Notes: a model not told the origin generated them from the sequence alone. 64,000 bases of DNA from Octopus sinensis (GCF_006345805.1 NC_043000.1:117490001-117554000); one strand, 5' to 3'; shown: positions 37,721-50,413, counted from the first letter of the stretch. Numbers and translations: made by a program.

Positions 37721-38640
37721 AGAGATATATTAACGTAGCTAATAAAATATCAATAGAAAATTCATCTACGATTTGGATCATTTGGTATTTATAAATTGTT
37801 ATTTAGTAGGTGTGGTAAGAAGCTTGCTTCTCAACCACATGGTTCCAGGTTCAGTCCCACTGCATGGCACCTTGGGCAAGTGTCTTCTACTATTGCCACA
37901 GGCCAACCAAAGCAGTGTGAGTGGATTTGGTAGGCGGAAACTGAAAGAAACCTGTCGTATATATATATATATTTATATATATAACAACAGCAACAACAAT
38001 AATAATGGTTTCAAATTATGGCACAAGGCCAGCAAATTTAGAGGAAGTGGAATTTCAGCCAATTAATCAACCCCAGAGTTCAACTGGTACGTATTTTATC
38101 AACCCCAAAAGGATAAAAAGCAAAGCTGACCTTAGCAGAAATTTAACTCAGGGCGTAAAGACAAACAAAATTCTGCTAAGCATTTTGCCCCATGTGCTAA
38201 TGATTCTGCCAGCTTGCCACCTTTTGTTTCAAATTTTGGCACAAGGCCAGAAATCTCAGAATAGGGTGTAAGTCAATAAGAATAGGTTACTCTTTTACTC
38301 TTTTACTTGTTTCAGTCATTTGACTGTGGCCATGCTGGAGCACCGACTTTAGTTCAGCAAATCAACCCCAGAACTTATTCTTTGTAAGCCTAGTACTTAT
38401 TCTATCAGTTCCTCTTTGCCGAACTGCTAAGTTACGGGGACGTAAACACACCAGCATCGATTGTCAAGCGATATTGGGGTGACAAACATAAACACACAAA
38501 CGTAAAATCCACTCACAAGGCTTTGGTCGGCCCAAGGTTATAGTAGAAGACACTTGCCCAAGGTGCCATGCAGTGGGACTGAATCCAGAACCATGTGGTT
38601 TGTAAGCAAGCTACTCAACACAGAGCCACTCCTACGCCCT

Positions 38641-38885
38641 TGATATTAAGGCCTTTGATACCAACCTGTCTGAGACCATTATATCAGGTCTGTTGTGCTT
38701 ATATTTTATTGAGGTCTTCACTGGTACATTCCTCCAGTATTCCTTTTCCTTATGAGTGGCTATAGCTTCTACCATATTGTGAGTTCTTATTTCTTTGTAC
38801 TCGGGATTATCCTCCCGACGGATTTCATTATAGAGTGTCCTAGCTACAATGTCATGTCTCATCGGTAGATGATACCTTGATGACA
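38641..38885 (-). mobile_element. RLE-type non-LTR retrotransposon fragment
   Basis: RHDIVARTLY...EYWRNVPVKTSIKYKHNRPDIMV: RHD motif and the start of the PD..D endonuclease motif. Confidence 0.7.
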
Positions 38886-38891
38886 TTTGTG

Positions 38892-38923
<32 letters not shown>

Positions 38924-38924
38924 A

Positions 38925-39075
38925 AGCAAAGCATATCGACTCTGCATTAGCCTAGACAAGACTGTTGTAATGTTCCAGCCTGCACCATATGTGAAACCAG
39001 CTATCTTGGTTGAAGGAACAATACTGAAAGTGGTAGACAAGTTTGTCTACCTAGGCAGCACACTCAGCCATTCTT
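38925..39075 (+). mobile_element. RTE (BovB-like) RT C-terminal fragment
   Basis: ISLDKTVVMFQPAP...LKVVDKFVYLGSTLS. Confidence 0.75.
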
Positions 39076-39267
39076 CTGGTTTACAATGTTTGCAGTTGTG
39101 TATGCTTGTCAAGAACAGGGCTCATTAGACACCAACGGAGCTGCAAATGCAAAATTTAAGTTAATCCTAGAGCACACAATGTTCATGATGATCAAAAATG
39201 GTCTTCTTCAGTGACGAGTGGACGGCCATTGTATATGTATGTATGTATTATGTATGTGTGCGTGCAT

Positions 39268-39300
<33 letters not shown>

Positions 39301-39509
39301 CTCATATTTTGCATTCGGCTTTCATATTTCACTAAACTACACTTCTGTGTGTGTGTGTGTTTGTGTATATACATACATATATATATATTTGTATATGTAA
39401 ACATGTGCTTATGTATGATGCAGAACAAAACAGGAGAGTTTGTTTATATTATATATTCTCTTGTTTTGTTTTGTTTGCTATATGTACTCTGTGACCTACA
39501 TCACTGTAG

Positions 39510-39591
39510 ATTCAAAGTGACTAAATCAGGAACTGCTATACAAGACTTCTCCACAGTTTTCCATCGGATACAGGAAAGTTCATACAGAGTC
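39510..39591 (+). CDS. Exon of an unidentified plus-strand gene: (x)FKVTKSGTAIQDFSTVFHRIQESSYRV
   Basis: CTGTAG acceptor and GTC|GTAAGT consensus donor; 82 nt, phase 2-0; joins in frame to the next exon. Confidence 0.7.
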
Positions 39592-39721
39592 GTAAGTATT
39601 GCTCATTTGTTATATATCTGAAATTGAAATTATGCTTTCCATCTAATTATATAAATGTCTTTCATTATCTTTTTTATAGAGCCAAAACAATGCAAGTTAT
39701 ACAAAATAATACAGGTCAACG

Positions 39722-39904
39722 GTACATTATTTATATTACTTACATTATTTACATTTGACAGATATTTGTCCTCATCTTGTTTATTGTTGACACATTTCAG
39801 CTAATATACCCTCCAGCCTTCATCAGGTATCTTGGGGAAATTTCGAACCTGGGTTCTCATTCCTGAGGTATTTTTCGATGTTATTACTATTATTATTATT
39901 ATTA

Positions 39905-39949
<45 letters not shown>

Positions 39950-40183
39950 TATTCAGGTCATAGCCTGGAATCGAACTCAGAATCTTAGGGTTAGTAGCCC
40001 ACGCTCTTAACCACTATGCCATATGCCCATGGGCATATGGCGTAGTGGCTAAGAGCGCAGGTTACTAACCTCAAGATTTCGAGTTTGGGCAGATGGCATA
40101 GTGGTTAAGAGCATGGGCTACTAACCCCAAGATTCCTACTTCGATTCCAAGCAGTGACCTTAATAATAATAATAATAATGATG

Positions 40184-40228
<45 letters not shown>

Positions 40229-40386
40229 TCAAAAAATACATTAGGAATGAGAACCCAGGTTCGAAATTTCCCCAAGAAACCTGATGAAGGCTGGTGGGGT
40301 ATATCAGCCGAAACGTGTTAACAACAAACAAGATGAGGACAACTATCTGTCAAATGTAAATAATGTAAATAATATAAATAATGTAC
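39722..40386. mobile_element. Head-to-head inverted pair of a tRNA-headed element with (AAT)n and a hammerhead-like core
   Basis: Centre CCCATGGG at 40026-40033; the arms are reverse complements out to GTACATTATTT / AAATAATGTAC; an extra partial head lies at 40030-40087. Confidence 0.85.
40281..40313 (+). ncRNA. Hammerhead-ribozyme-like core
   Basis: CTGATGA-A-GGCTG-(11 nt)-CAGCC-GAAA; mirrored copy at 39795-39826 (-). Stems I and III look degenerate, so activity is unsupported. Confidence 0.5.
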
Positions 40387-40455
40387 ATAATTCCTCATTT
40401 TTTAAATATAGAACTGTACAGATCAACAGTTTTTAATTTAACCTTATATTTCAAG

Positions 40456-40509
40456 ATTTCAGGTTTAGGACCCTTTCTTCAAGAAATCCTCAGAGAAATA
40501 ATGTTGTTC
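40456..40509 (+). CDS. Exon ISGLGPFLQEILREIMLF (phase 0-0)
   Basis: Pyrimidine tract with TTTCAAG acceptor and TTC|GTTAGC donor; phase-compatible with both neighbouring exons. Confidence 0.65.
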
Positions 40510-40611
40510 GTTAGCTAATGCCTTTGTTCTGTTGAGTGTGTATATATGAAAGGCTGTTTTGCATTGCATTGTAGTCAGTTCAGATCTGTTGTTAATATGT
40601 AGGTTGTACTT

Positions 40612-40830
40612 TAAGGCAGCGAGCTGGCAGAATGGTAACCATGCTGGGTAAAATGCTTGGTGGCATTTCATCCATCCTTATGTTCTGGGCTCAAATTCTG
40701 CCGAGTTTGACTTTGCCTTTCATCCTTTCAGGGTTGATAAAATAAGTACCAGTTGAGCACTGGGGTTGATGTAATCAGCTTAGCCCTTCCCCTGGAAATG
40801 CTGGCCTTTTACCAAAGTCTGAAACCAATA
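40612..40830 (+). mobile_element. SINE family B monomer in the last intron
   Basis: GGCAGCGAGCTGGCAGAA head and family core. Confidence 0.8.
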
Positions 40831-40893
40831 TGTAGATTGTGCTTGTTAATTATCATAGCTTCTTTTATTCTCAAGTTCCCAATGTTTCTATAG

Positions 40894-40965
40894 CTTAGAT
40901 GGAAACCTGGATGTCTTGGGTGTGGCATTTCTGTAGGTGTTTTGACATCAGAAGCATTAGCATAA
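40894..40965 (+). CDS. Probable terminal exon LRWKPGCLGCGISVGVLTSEALA*
   Basis: TTTCTATAG acceptor, phase 0, TAA stop. An internal G|GTGTTT donor is an alternative. Confidence 0.6.
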   Translation, partial: LRWKPGCLGCGISVGVLTSEALA

Positions 40966-41230
40966 ATGTGCTCTTTAACTCCTACATCATCATCATCATC
41001 CTCACCACCACCACCACCATTATTATTAGGTAACCATTATACGCTTCGAGTGGTTGGCAATAGGAAGAGCATCCAGCCATAGAAACTAGGCCAAATCAGA
41101 CTGGAGCTTCGTACAGCTGTTCAGCTCACCAGTTCCAGTTAAACCATCTAACCCATGCCAGCATGGAAAATGGACACTAAATGATGATGATGATGATGAT
41201 GATGATTCAATGCTGGCTGACATGTACGTG

Positions 41231-41290
<60 letters not shown>

Positions 41291-42813
41291 CTGGCACTCT
41301 GTTGGTTACAACAATGAATGTTGGTTACAACAACAGCCTGCACATGAAATTAACATGCAAGTGGCTGAGCACTCTACAGACATGCATAGTCTTAATGTAG
41401 TTCTCAGGGAGATTCAGCAAGACAAAGAATGTGACAAGGCTGGCCCTTTGAAATATAGTTTCTACTAATTTTTGCCAGCTGAATGAACTGGAGCAATGTG
41501 AAATAAAGTGTCTTGCTCAAGAACACAATGTACCACCAGGTATCGAACTCATGATCTTACAATCTTCAACTAAATGCTGTAACCACTTAACCATATGACT
41601 TTACACACACACACACACATGCACATGCGCATGTGCATGCTTTTAATTTATACTTAGTTTCAGTTTCAGATTTCTCTCTCTTTTATTTCTTGACAAGAAT
41701 TATCTTTAACCTTACCAAAGTTGTTATACATTATGAGTGCAATTCAAAGGTGACCTCAGCAAGATTTGAACTCTAAGCATAACAAGCCAGAGTAAACTCT
41801 TTTCTTCTTTGTGCCATTTTAAAGCCTAGCTATGCTCATGGACCCGGTTTCCTGGTTTCAGTGGCGTATGTGTTCTCCAGGTGGACGGGACGCCAGTCCA
41901 TCGCAGCATTACTCATTTTTGCCAGCCGAGAGGACTGGAACAATGTGAAATGAAGTGTTTTGCTCAAGAACACACCTCTACAGAATAAACACTACAAGAC
42001 ACTTTCTCCAGTGCTCTACCAATACTGACAATTTGCAGCCTGGATAATTAACACAATGATTTCTTACATTAATTTTGGGATAAAGTATAGTTGATTACAA
42101 TGCCACTTACTGCCTTGTTTTATTGACCTCAGAAAGTTATAAAGCCCCAGGTTAACTTCAGCATCATTTAAACTCTGAACATAAAGTAATGTAATACAAC
42201 AGTACAAGAGATTTTGTCAAACACTTTACTGATTTTGTTATCCATTGCCCTTGTAGTTATTTAACTAAATAGACAATTGTGTAATATTCTCGTTTGTTGA
42301 TTTAGGGAAAAGGAAAAACTTGGTATTTTGTGAACACTCCCATAGAAAAATTTTAAAGAGTTTGAATTAGGTTAATATGTTCAGTACTTAAAGAGTTACT
42401 CCTGTTTCCAAACTAGTTCCACCTTGGGAACAAAGGCATTCCTCTCTTGTAATTTCCTTTCATTGTGATGACCGGAAACAAAACCACCACAGCTTTAAAA
42501 AAGAAATTCATGGAAAAAAAATGTAGCATTTTTGGTTCAGAGAAAAAAATTATAAAAAAAAAAGTCTCACATTTCATTTCAAAAACCATGAATAATTATG
42601 ATTCTGTAGTTAAGCAACAAAAAAGTAGTGAAAATATACTTGTAGATGTGTATAGACACATGCATGGTTGTGTGATAAGAAGTTTGTTTCCCATCCATGT
42701 GGTTTTAGGTTTAGTCCCATCATGTGGCACCTTCAGCAATTGTCTTCTACTATAGCACCAGGCCTACAAAAGCCTTATGATTGGATTTGGCAGACGGAAA
42801 ATGAAAGAAACCT

Positions 42814-42859
<46 letters not shown>

Positions 42860-42860
42860 T

Positions 42861-43557
42861 ATCATCATCATCATCATCATTGTTTAATGTCTGCTTTCCA
42901 TGCTAGCATGGGTTGGATGATTTGACAGAGGACTAGCGAACCAGATGTCTGCACCAGGCTCCAATCTTGATCTGGCAGAGTTTCTACAGCTGGATGCCCT
43001 TCCTAATGCCAACCATTCTGAGAGTGTATTGGGTGCTTTTACATGCCACCATCATGAGGGCCAGTCAGGCGGTACTGGCAATGACCATGGAAAAATTATG
43101 TTTTTTTTTTAATGTGCCACCAGCACACTGGCACAAGTGCCAGTAAGGCGATGCTGGTAATGCTAACACTCGAATGGTGCTTTTTATGTGCCACTGGCAT
43201 GAACACCAGTTAGCCGTTCTAGCAATGATCACGATCAGATGGTGCTCTTAGTGCTCCACTAGCACAGATACCAATCATTGAATTTGATTTTGATTCTAAT
43301 TTCACTTGCCTCAACAGGTCTTTGCAAGCAGTGTCCAATGAAGGGAAGGTATGCATAAGTGGGCTGGTTACACCCCTGGTTTAGGCCACAATGTTATGGT
43401 CTCACGTGGCTTGCCTGGTCTTCTCAAGCACAGCATATTTCCAAAAGTCTCAGTCACTGGTCATTACCTCGGTGAGGCCTAATGTTCAAAGGTCATGCTT
43501 CACCACTTCATCCCAGGTCTTCCTGGGTCTACCTCTTCCACAGGTTCCCTCAACCGC
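42861..43557 (-). mobile_element. RTE LINE 3' end including the ORF C-terminus
   Basis: VEGTCGRGRPRKTWDEVVKHDL...WKYAVLEKT, then the UTR and an (ATG)n tail. Confidence 0.85.
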
Positions 43558-43602
43558 TATATATATATAATATATATATATACACACACATATAAAGATT
43601 TA

Positions 43603-43975
43603 TCAGGCTGAGTAAAAAGTAAGCAACGTTTTGAAGCATGAAATTCATCACAATATATTTCGACAATCCAGAAAATTTATTCATCAAAGTAAACACCATT
43701 ACAATCAATACATGTTTGCCAACAAGTTACAAGTTTGTTTATTCCGGTAACATAAAATTCTGGAGTCCTGGAGCTGATGAACACTTTGAACACACTTTCA
43801 GCACCAGTTTGATTTTTGAACTTCTTCTCTTGCAGGAAATCATCAAGTCAGTAAGAGAAAAGTCTGGGGAATAAGCTGGGTGGGGAAGAACTTCAGGGCC
43901 AAGTTTCCTCAACTTCTGGAGCGTCATTAGTGAAACGTGCAGTTGAGCATTGTCATGAAGGATGATTGGGCAAGT
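43603..43975 (-). mobile_element. mariner transposase C-terminal fragment with terminal repeat
   Basis: ILHDNAQLHVSLMTLQKLRKLGPEVLPHPAYSPDFSLTD; TA followed by TCAGGCTGAGTAAAAAGT end. Confidence 0.85.
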
Positions 43976-44721
43976 ATCTACAACTAGAGTCTCAGGGCGA
44001 CCAAAGCCTTGTGAGTGGATTTGGTAGACGGAAACTGAAAGAGTCCTGTCGTATATGTATGTGTGTGTGTGTGTGTGTCTGTTTTAGTCCCCCACCATTG
44101 CTTGACAACTGATGTTGATGTGTTTACGTCCCCATAACTTAACAATTCGGCAAAAGAGACCAATAGAATAAGTACTAGGCTTACAAGGAATAAGTCCTGG
44201 GTTCTGTTTGTTCAACTAAAGGCGGTGATCCAGCATGGCTGCAGTCAAATGACTAAAACAAGTAAAAGAATAAAAGACTATATATCATCATCATCATCTT
44301 CATTTGATGTCTGTTTTCCATGCTGGCATGGGTTAGATAGATTGATAGATATGTAAGTAAGTAGGTAGGTAGGTAAGTCGATCGGTCAGTCGGTAGGTAG
44401 GTAGGTACGTAGGTAGGCAGATAGGTAGGTAGATCATGATTGATTGCTAGCCACTAAACCTTTTTCATTTTATTTTCTCTGAGTTTATTTCTGTGTTCCT
44501 TTCTGTTGAAGAGCATAATCTCGAAATGTAAAAGACTTTCTCACTTCCTGAGCATTAAACTAATACATCTCTTGTTGTTTACACACCCGTCTTCGTCTTT
44601 TGTTTTGTTTGTTTGTTTAATTGTAAATTCCAACTATATATCGCATGCTCATGTGGTCGCACCAGTTTCGTCCTGTCTCTATCTCATACACTTCGGACTA
44701 TTCTATCTGGATTTTCTACTC

Positions 44722-44841
44722 TCCTATACTTCGGACTCCTACACTTCGGCCTCTTACACTTCGGACTCCTACACTTCGGACTCCTTCACTTCAGACTCCT
44801 ACACTTCAGACTCCTGCACTTCGGACTCCTACACTTCAGAC
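44722..44841. repeat. 15-bp minisatellite, 8 copies (TCCTACACTTCGGAC)
   Basis: Eight imperfect tandem units. Confidence 0.95.
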
Positions 44842-44897
44842 TTCCACCTGGTTTTTCTGCACCTCTCCTACCTACACATGGATTACACTGGACTCTT

Positions 44898-45093
<196 letters not shown>

Positions 45094-46663
45094 GGATATG
45101 TTTCTTTATTAGCCACACAGGGCTGGACAAAGATGGGACAAATTACAAAGTAGAACTTTTCTTTTTGGGGAGAAAAAAAAGTGGGGTAGGTTATCGATCA
45201 AAAGAGATCATAGAAAGGAAAAAAAAGAAAAAGAAAAGAAAAAAGGTCAATAGGGATCATGTATCACAGAAATGTCATGATGTAAAGTGTAAAAGAGGGA
45301 AGCAGATAAGGTTTATCCGTGGAAAGAAAAGCCTACAGAAAAGACCACGGTAACCTTGGTCATTAATGTCACAGATAGATAGATAGACAGACAGACAGAC
45401 AGGCAGGCAAACAGACAGATAGATTGATAGATATACACACATATATATATATTTATATATAATTATAATAATATTATCAGGGAGTATGGCTCCAAACTTA
45501 CAGGGAAAAATTAGATTTAGGATTAAATCAAATTTCACAGTATAAATATATAAAATATGAATTAGAGATAAAACCACTATTAGGCAACTCAAACAGTGAT
45601 AGACATAAACCAATACATGAATAACAAATAATATAAATATAAATATAATAAAATATCATATATAATATATATATATATATATATAAATATCTCTAATTCA
45701 TATTTTATCATCATCATCATCATCATCATCGTTTAGCGTCCGTTTTCCATGCTAGCATGGGTTGGACGGTTCTACTGGGGTCTGTGAAGCCAGAAGGCTT
45801 CATCAGGCCCAGTCAAATCTGGCAGTGTTTCTACGGCTGGATGCCCTTCCTATTTATACACACATAAACACACACACACACATAGGATTATGCTGTCATA
45901 ATACAACAGTATTGCATAACCCTTAGTGTGTGTGTGTTTAGTAAATTAGAAGAGATACATGAAGAGGGCACGAAAGAGGCTAAATCAGATTATGCACATA
46001 CACAATAACTTTTTTCCTGTCACTTTTGTTTCTTGTGACAATTTTTTTCCTGGATTCATTTTTTTTTGTACTCCAGGAAGAATTAAACTTAATAAAAAAA
46101 AAATACATAATAATTCTCATGACTCATACATTCTCTCTAATTTGCAGCCAAATTTGGCAAGTGTCCTATTTCTTTCCCTTCGCTGTCAAAAATATAGCTT
46201 CTCCCTCAACAGTTATCTGTATTCTATTGAGGAAAGTCAAGAGTTGTAACCATTTCCTTCCTCTTTGTAATTGACATTTATCAGATGTGAAATGAGAGAG
46301 AAAAGGAGACAGAGAGAATAGTGAATATAATCTAATTTTTAAAATATATTGACAAAAAAGGAATAATGTAATATTGTATCTTGAAAACATAATCTTGATC
46401 TATTACTTGTTTCAGTCATTTAGGCCACAGCCATGCTGGGGCACCACCTTGAAGAATTTTAGTCGGACTCATTGACACTAGTACTTTTTTTTTATTCAAA
46501 GCCTGGCACTTTTTCTATTGGTCCCTTTTGCTGAATCACAGAGGTACAGGGATGTATACACACCAACACCAGCTGTCAAACAGTGGTAGGGACAAGCACA
46601 GACACAGACAAACACACACATGCATACACACACAGACACAAATTTTGCCTGGTGCAAACACAC

Positions 46664-46861
46664 AGATAAGTTTCTTTCAACGAACTGGACAACACCACCT
46701 GCTCTGGATTGAGTTGCTGTCTTGCAAACTTTGACATATTTTCTGTAACATTGTTCTATGCCAGCTGCATCGGGATTTCTGCAATCAAGGATGATGTGGA
46801 TCTTGGTTTTCTTGCTTTCATATTTCCTCACAGCCCAGTGTCCTTGGCTTTTATAATGTAT
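46664..46861 (-). CDS. Probable exon of an unidentified minus-strand gene (IHYKSQGHWAVRKYESKKTKIHIILDCRNPDAAGIEQCYRKYVKVCKTATQSRAGGVVQFVERNLS)
   Basis: CTCTGTTTATGTGTTAG acceptor and 66 open codons of globular-protein-like composition in non-repetitive DNA. The 3' boundary is uncertain, and a plus-strand frame is also open here. Confidence 0.5.
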
Positions 46862-48272
46862 CTAACACATAAACAGAGCCTGAAAGTTTGTTTGGCGATA
46901 CATTGCATATTTTATAAATATTCGTATTTAAAGTATCACTAAAGCATGAAACTATTAGTAGCTCTTTTGTAATATGTATTAAATTGATACACATACAAGA
47001 AGTGCCCCAGCATGGCCACAGCCTTTGGGCTGAAATGTACAAAAGATTATATCTAAATGGATAAACTAAATTCAAAATATAGGTTGTTGTTATTATTGAG
47101 CTTAGTTTTTTTTATGAGCCCAAGGACTTTAGCTGAACCCAGTTTGCACGGTGTGCAAGTGATTGAGATTACATTACTCCCCGCTGAATGGGGTCTTGGT
47201 CTGTCACAGGATTAACTTCCTCACTATGGCTAGAACTCATTTATAGTAGAGTGGACTAAAGCAGTGTGACATGAAGTGCTTTGCTCAAGATCACAACATA
47301 CTGAACAGCCCAGGAATTCTTTTCTACTCTAGGCACAAGGCCTGAAATTTTGGAGGAAGCATCCAGTCAATTAGATCTACACCAGTACGCAACTGGTACT
47401 TAATTTATCGACCCTGAAAGGATGAAATCAAAGTCGACATCGATGGAATTTGAACTCAGAATGTAAAGACAGACAAAATACCACTAAGCATTTCGTCTAG
47501 TGTGCTAACGTGTCTGCCAGCTCGCCAGGAATTGAAGCCACAAATTGTGAGTGACACAGCCTAATCCCTAGACTGTATGACTTAATTATTATTGATTAAC
47601 CCCAGGTTAAACCTGATTAAATTGGCTTGTGATCAAAACCATGACATTCTGAGTATTATAAAGACATAGTGTATCTAGGACTACATTACTAATGTGTCCT
47701 TTCAAGTTACAAGACAGTTAGGTATTCTGTGAGGGATGTTTGGGTGATATTTCTATTTTGATTTTTTTATTTGCTGGGGCTAGCAGGTGGGGGAAGAGCC
47801 TATGAATTTGTAGACCCTCCAAGACAAATGAGATTCATACCATGCATGTTCTGATTAAATTGTTGCAAGTGAGCAACAGCAGAAAAGGGGAAGATACCAG
47901 AGGAAAGAAGGGACCGAGTATAGTGGTTAGTATGTGTTATAAATGGGTGGGACACAAGAAAGGAGATAAGAGATGGAGAGATGAAGAGATGAGTGGGTCA
48001 GAAATGCCCGAGTCAAGGATAAACATGGGCAGCTAGTTCTGAGGAACATGGCCCTTGCTGGCTCTTTCATTGTGTTGAGTTGGCTGTCACAGACAGGAAA
48101 GAGTTAAACACTTGATCTAATTTCAAGGTATGGTGTCAGTATCTGTTTGAAAGCTTTTTAACTTCCTTTATATTGCTAGTATCTATGAGGAAGACATAGT
48201 TGCGATATCCATTTCCTACTTAAAATCTGGAGCCTGTGTTATTTCTAAATAAACCTACATATTTATTCAAAA

Positions 48273-48660
48273 CTAGCAGTATTGCCCGGCGTTGCTCGGG
48301 TTTGTTTCAACCCTTTAAAATTGGAATTTTTGAAAGGTAAAAATTTTGCATCATGTAGCTTGTTATTCTCTTTAAGTGAACATTTTTCTGGTTGAAATAC
48401 ACCAAAAAATGGTGACACAGCAGTAAAAAAATCATAAAAAATAGGGATTTTCATAGAAAAAAGCACCTTTTTGATATAAATAATTTTTGGTCTTAACATG
48501 GTCTGATTTGAATTTTATCTTCTACGGAATAACGAGCAAGCCTTCTTCTATCATACTATCAATTTTGGTCAACTTGCACCACAGGGTCTCGGAGGAGGCA
48601 GTGTTAGTTGAAGGCTACCAAACCTGCCATACACAGACAACTTCAGCTTTATATATAAGA
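48273..48660 (-). mobile_element. Non-autonomous Helitron (related termini, different interior from 14819-15187)
   Basis: A|TCTTATATA 5' end; CCCGAGCAACGCCGGG hairpin followed by CTAG|T at the 3' end. Confidence 0.75.
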
Positions 48661-48789
48661 TTAAGCTTTGATAAACATCTACTATAAGTGAATGCTACAT
48701 GATTGCATTATGGAGTGTTCATTGTTTCCAAGAATGCTAGTGGTGTCCAGTTAATGCTGGAATGCTCTCTGATCAATCTAAATCTATAG

Positions 48790-49225
48790 CTGTTTTACTC
48801 TTTTACTCTTTTACTTATTTCAGTCATTTGAATGTGGCCATGCTGGAGCACCACCTTTAGTTGAGCAAATTGACCCCAGAACTTATTCATTGTAAGCCTA
48901 GTACTTATTCTATCAGTCTCCTTTTGCCGAACTGCTAAGTTACGGGGATGTAAACACACCAGCCTCGGTTGTCTATTGAATTTTTGGGGGGATAAACACA
49001 GATACACAAACATATACACACACGTACATATATATACACACACACACACCACACATACATATATACTACGGGCTTCTTTCAGTTTCCGTCTACCAAATCC
49101 ACTCACAAGTCTTTGGTCGGCCTGAGGCTATAGTAGAAGACACTTGCCCAAGATGCCACATAGTGGGACTGAACCCAGAACCATGTGGTTGGTAAGCAAG
49201 TTACTTACCACACAGCCACTCCTTT
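48790..49225 (-). mobile_element. SINE family A
   Basis: Reverse complement of the full layout. Confidence 0.85.
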
Positions 49226-50413
49226 CTTTTTGCAATTTATTTTTTGCCTCTAGTCTTTTACTTGTTCCAGTCATTAGACTGCCGCCATAATTGAATACCA
49301 TCTTGAATTCTAGCTGAACAAATTGAGCCCTGTACTTATGTCTTTTACAGCCTGAAATCATTCTATTGATCTCTTTTGTCAAAACACTGAGTTACGGGGA
49401 TGTGAACACGACAACATGCATTGTCAAGCAGTGGTGGTGGATAGACAAACACAGACACAAAATCAAACATACACATAGGTAGGTGCAGGAGTGGCTGTGT
49501 GGTAAGGAGCTAGCTTCCCAACCATATGGTTTCAGGTTTAGTCCCACTGCAAGCACCTTGGGCAAGTGCCTTCTACTATAACCTCGAGCTGATCAAAGCC
49601 TTGTGGGTGGATTTGGTAGATGTAAACTGAAAGAAACCCATTGTATATATATATATATATATATGTATTTAATCACATCAAAGGGAAATGGAAATTAATT
49701 AAAATTTTCATTTCCAGTGGTCTAACGTGTAAAAAATTTAGTCCAAAAGACTATATATTAGTCATACGATATAGTGTATATATAAACACATGAGGAATCC
49801 AATTATAGGAATTCAACACACTAGAAAGAACAGCTAGGTTCTATAACCACAAAAATTAGGGATAAAATTCAACAGGAACAAAATGAAAAATAAAAAACAT
49901 TTTACCATCTAGTTTCCTGGACCAATTGGTTTCTGATTTTAGTTTAGCGAGTCAAGGAACTTGCCAGGTGCAATCTTCTTCAACAGGACCACCTAGGGTT
50001 AAACGTATACACATGGGGTGATCAAAACTACTTGCCCCGTATTTATACATCCTAACTTTTTCGAAATCTACAGCACAGCCGCAGTCCTTTGCCGGCAATA
50101 AAAAAAGCCAACTTTTAAAACCGAAAATTATCATGACAAATTATTTAACCGAATACCAAGTAGAAATATACACTATTTGATTAATTGTTCATGTATGTAG
50201 TTGTATATATAATTGCACAAATACTTTATTGTTTTTTATATAATAAAATGAAACAAGTATTTTGTTCAATTAAATTCTTTAACCCTTTTGTAATCAAATT
50301 TCTATTGAAATACACAGTCTTTGTTTCAATTAATTTTGTAAATAATAAAGAATTCAGTAAAATAATTTAGTTCCTGCTCAGCTGGTATTTGGAACATAAA
50401 CGGAAAGCTTTAA

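Noticed and set aside
46146-46243. Plus-strand exon candidate with a strong acceptor
   Set aside because: Two frames are open, it lies downstream of an apparent stop-containing exon, and it cannot be placed without transcripts.
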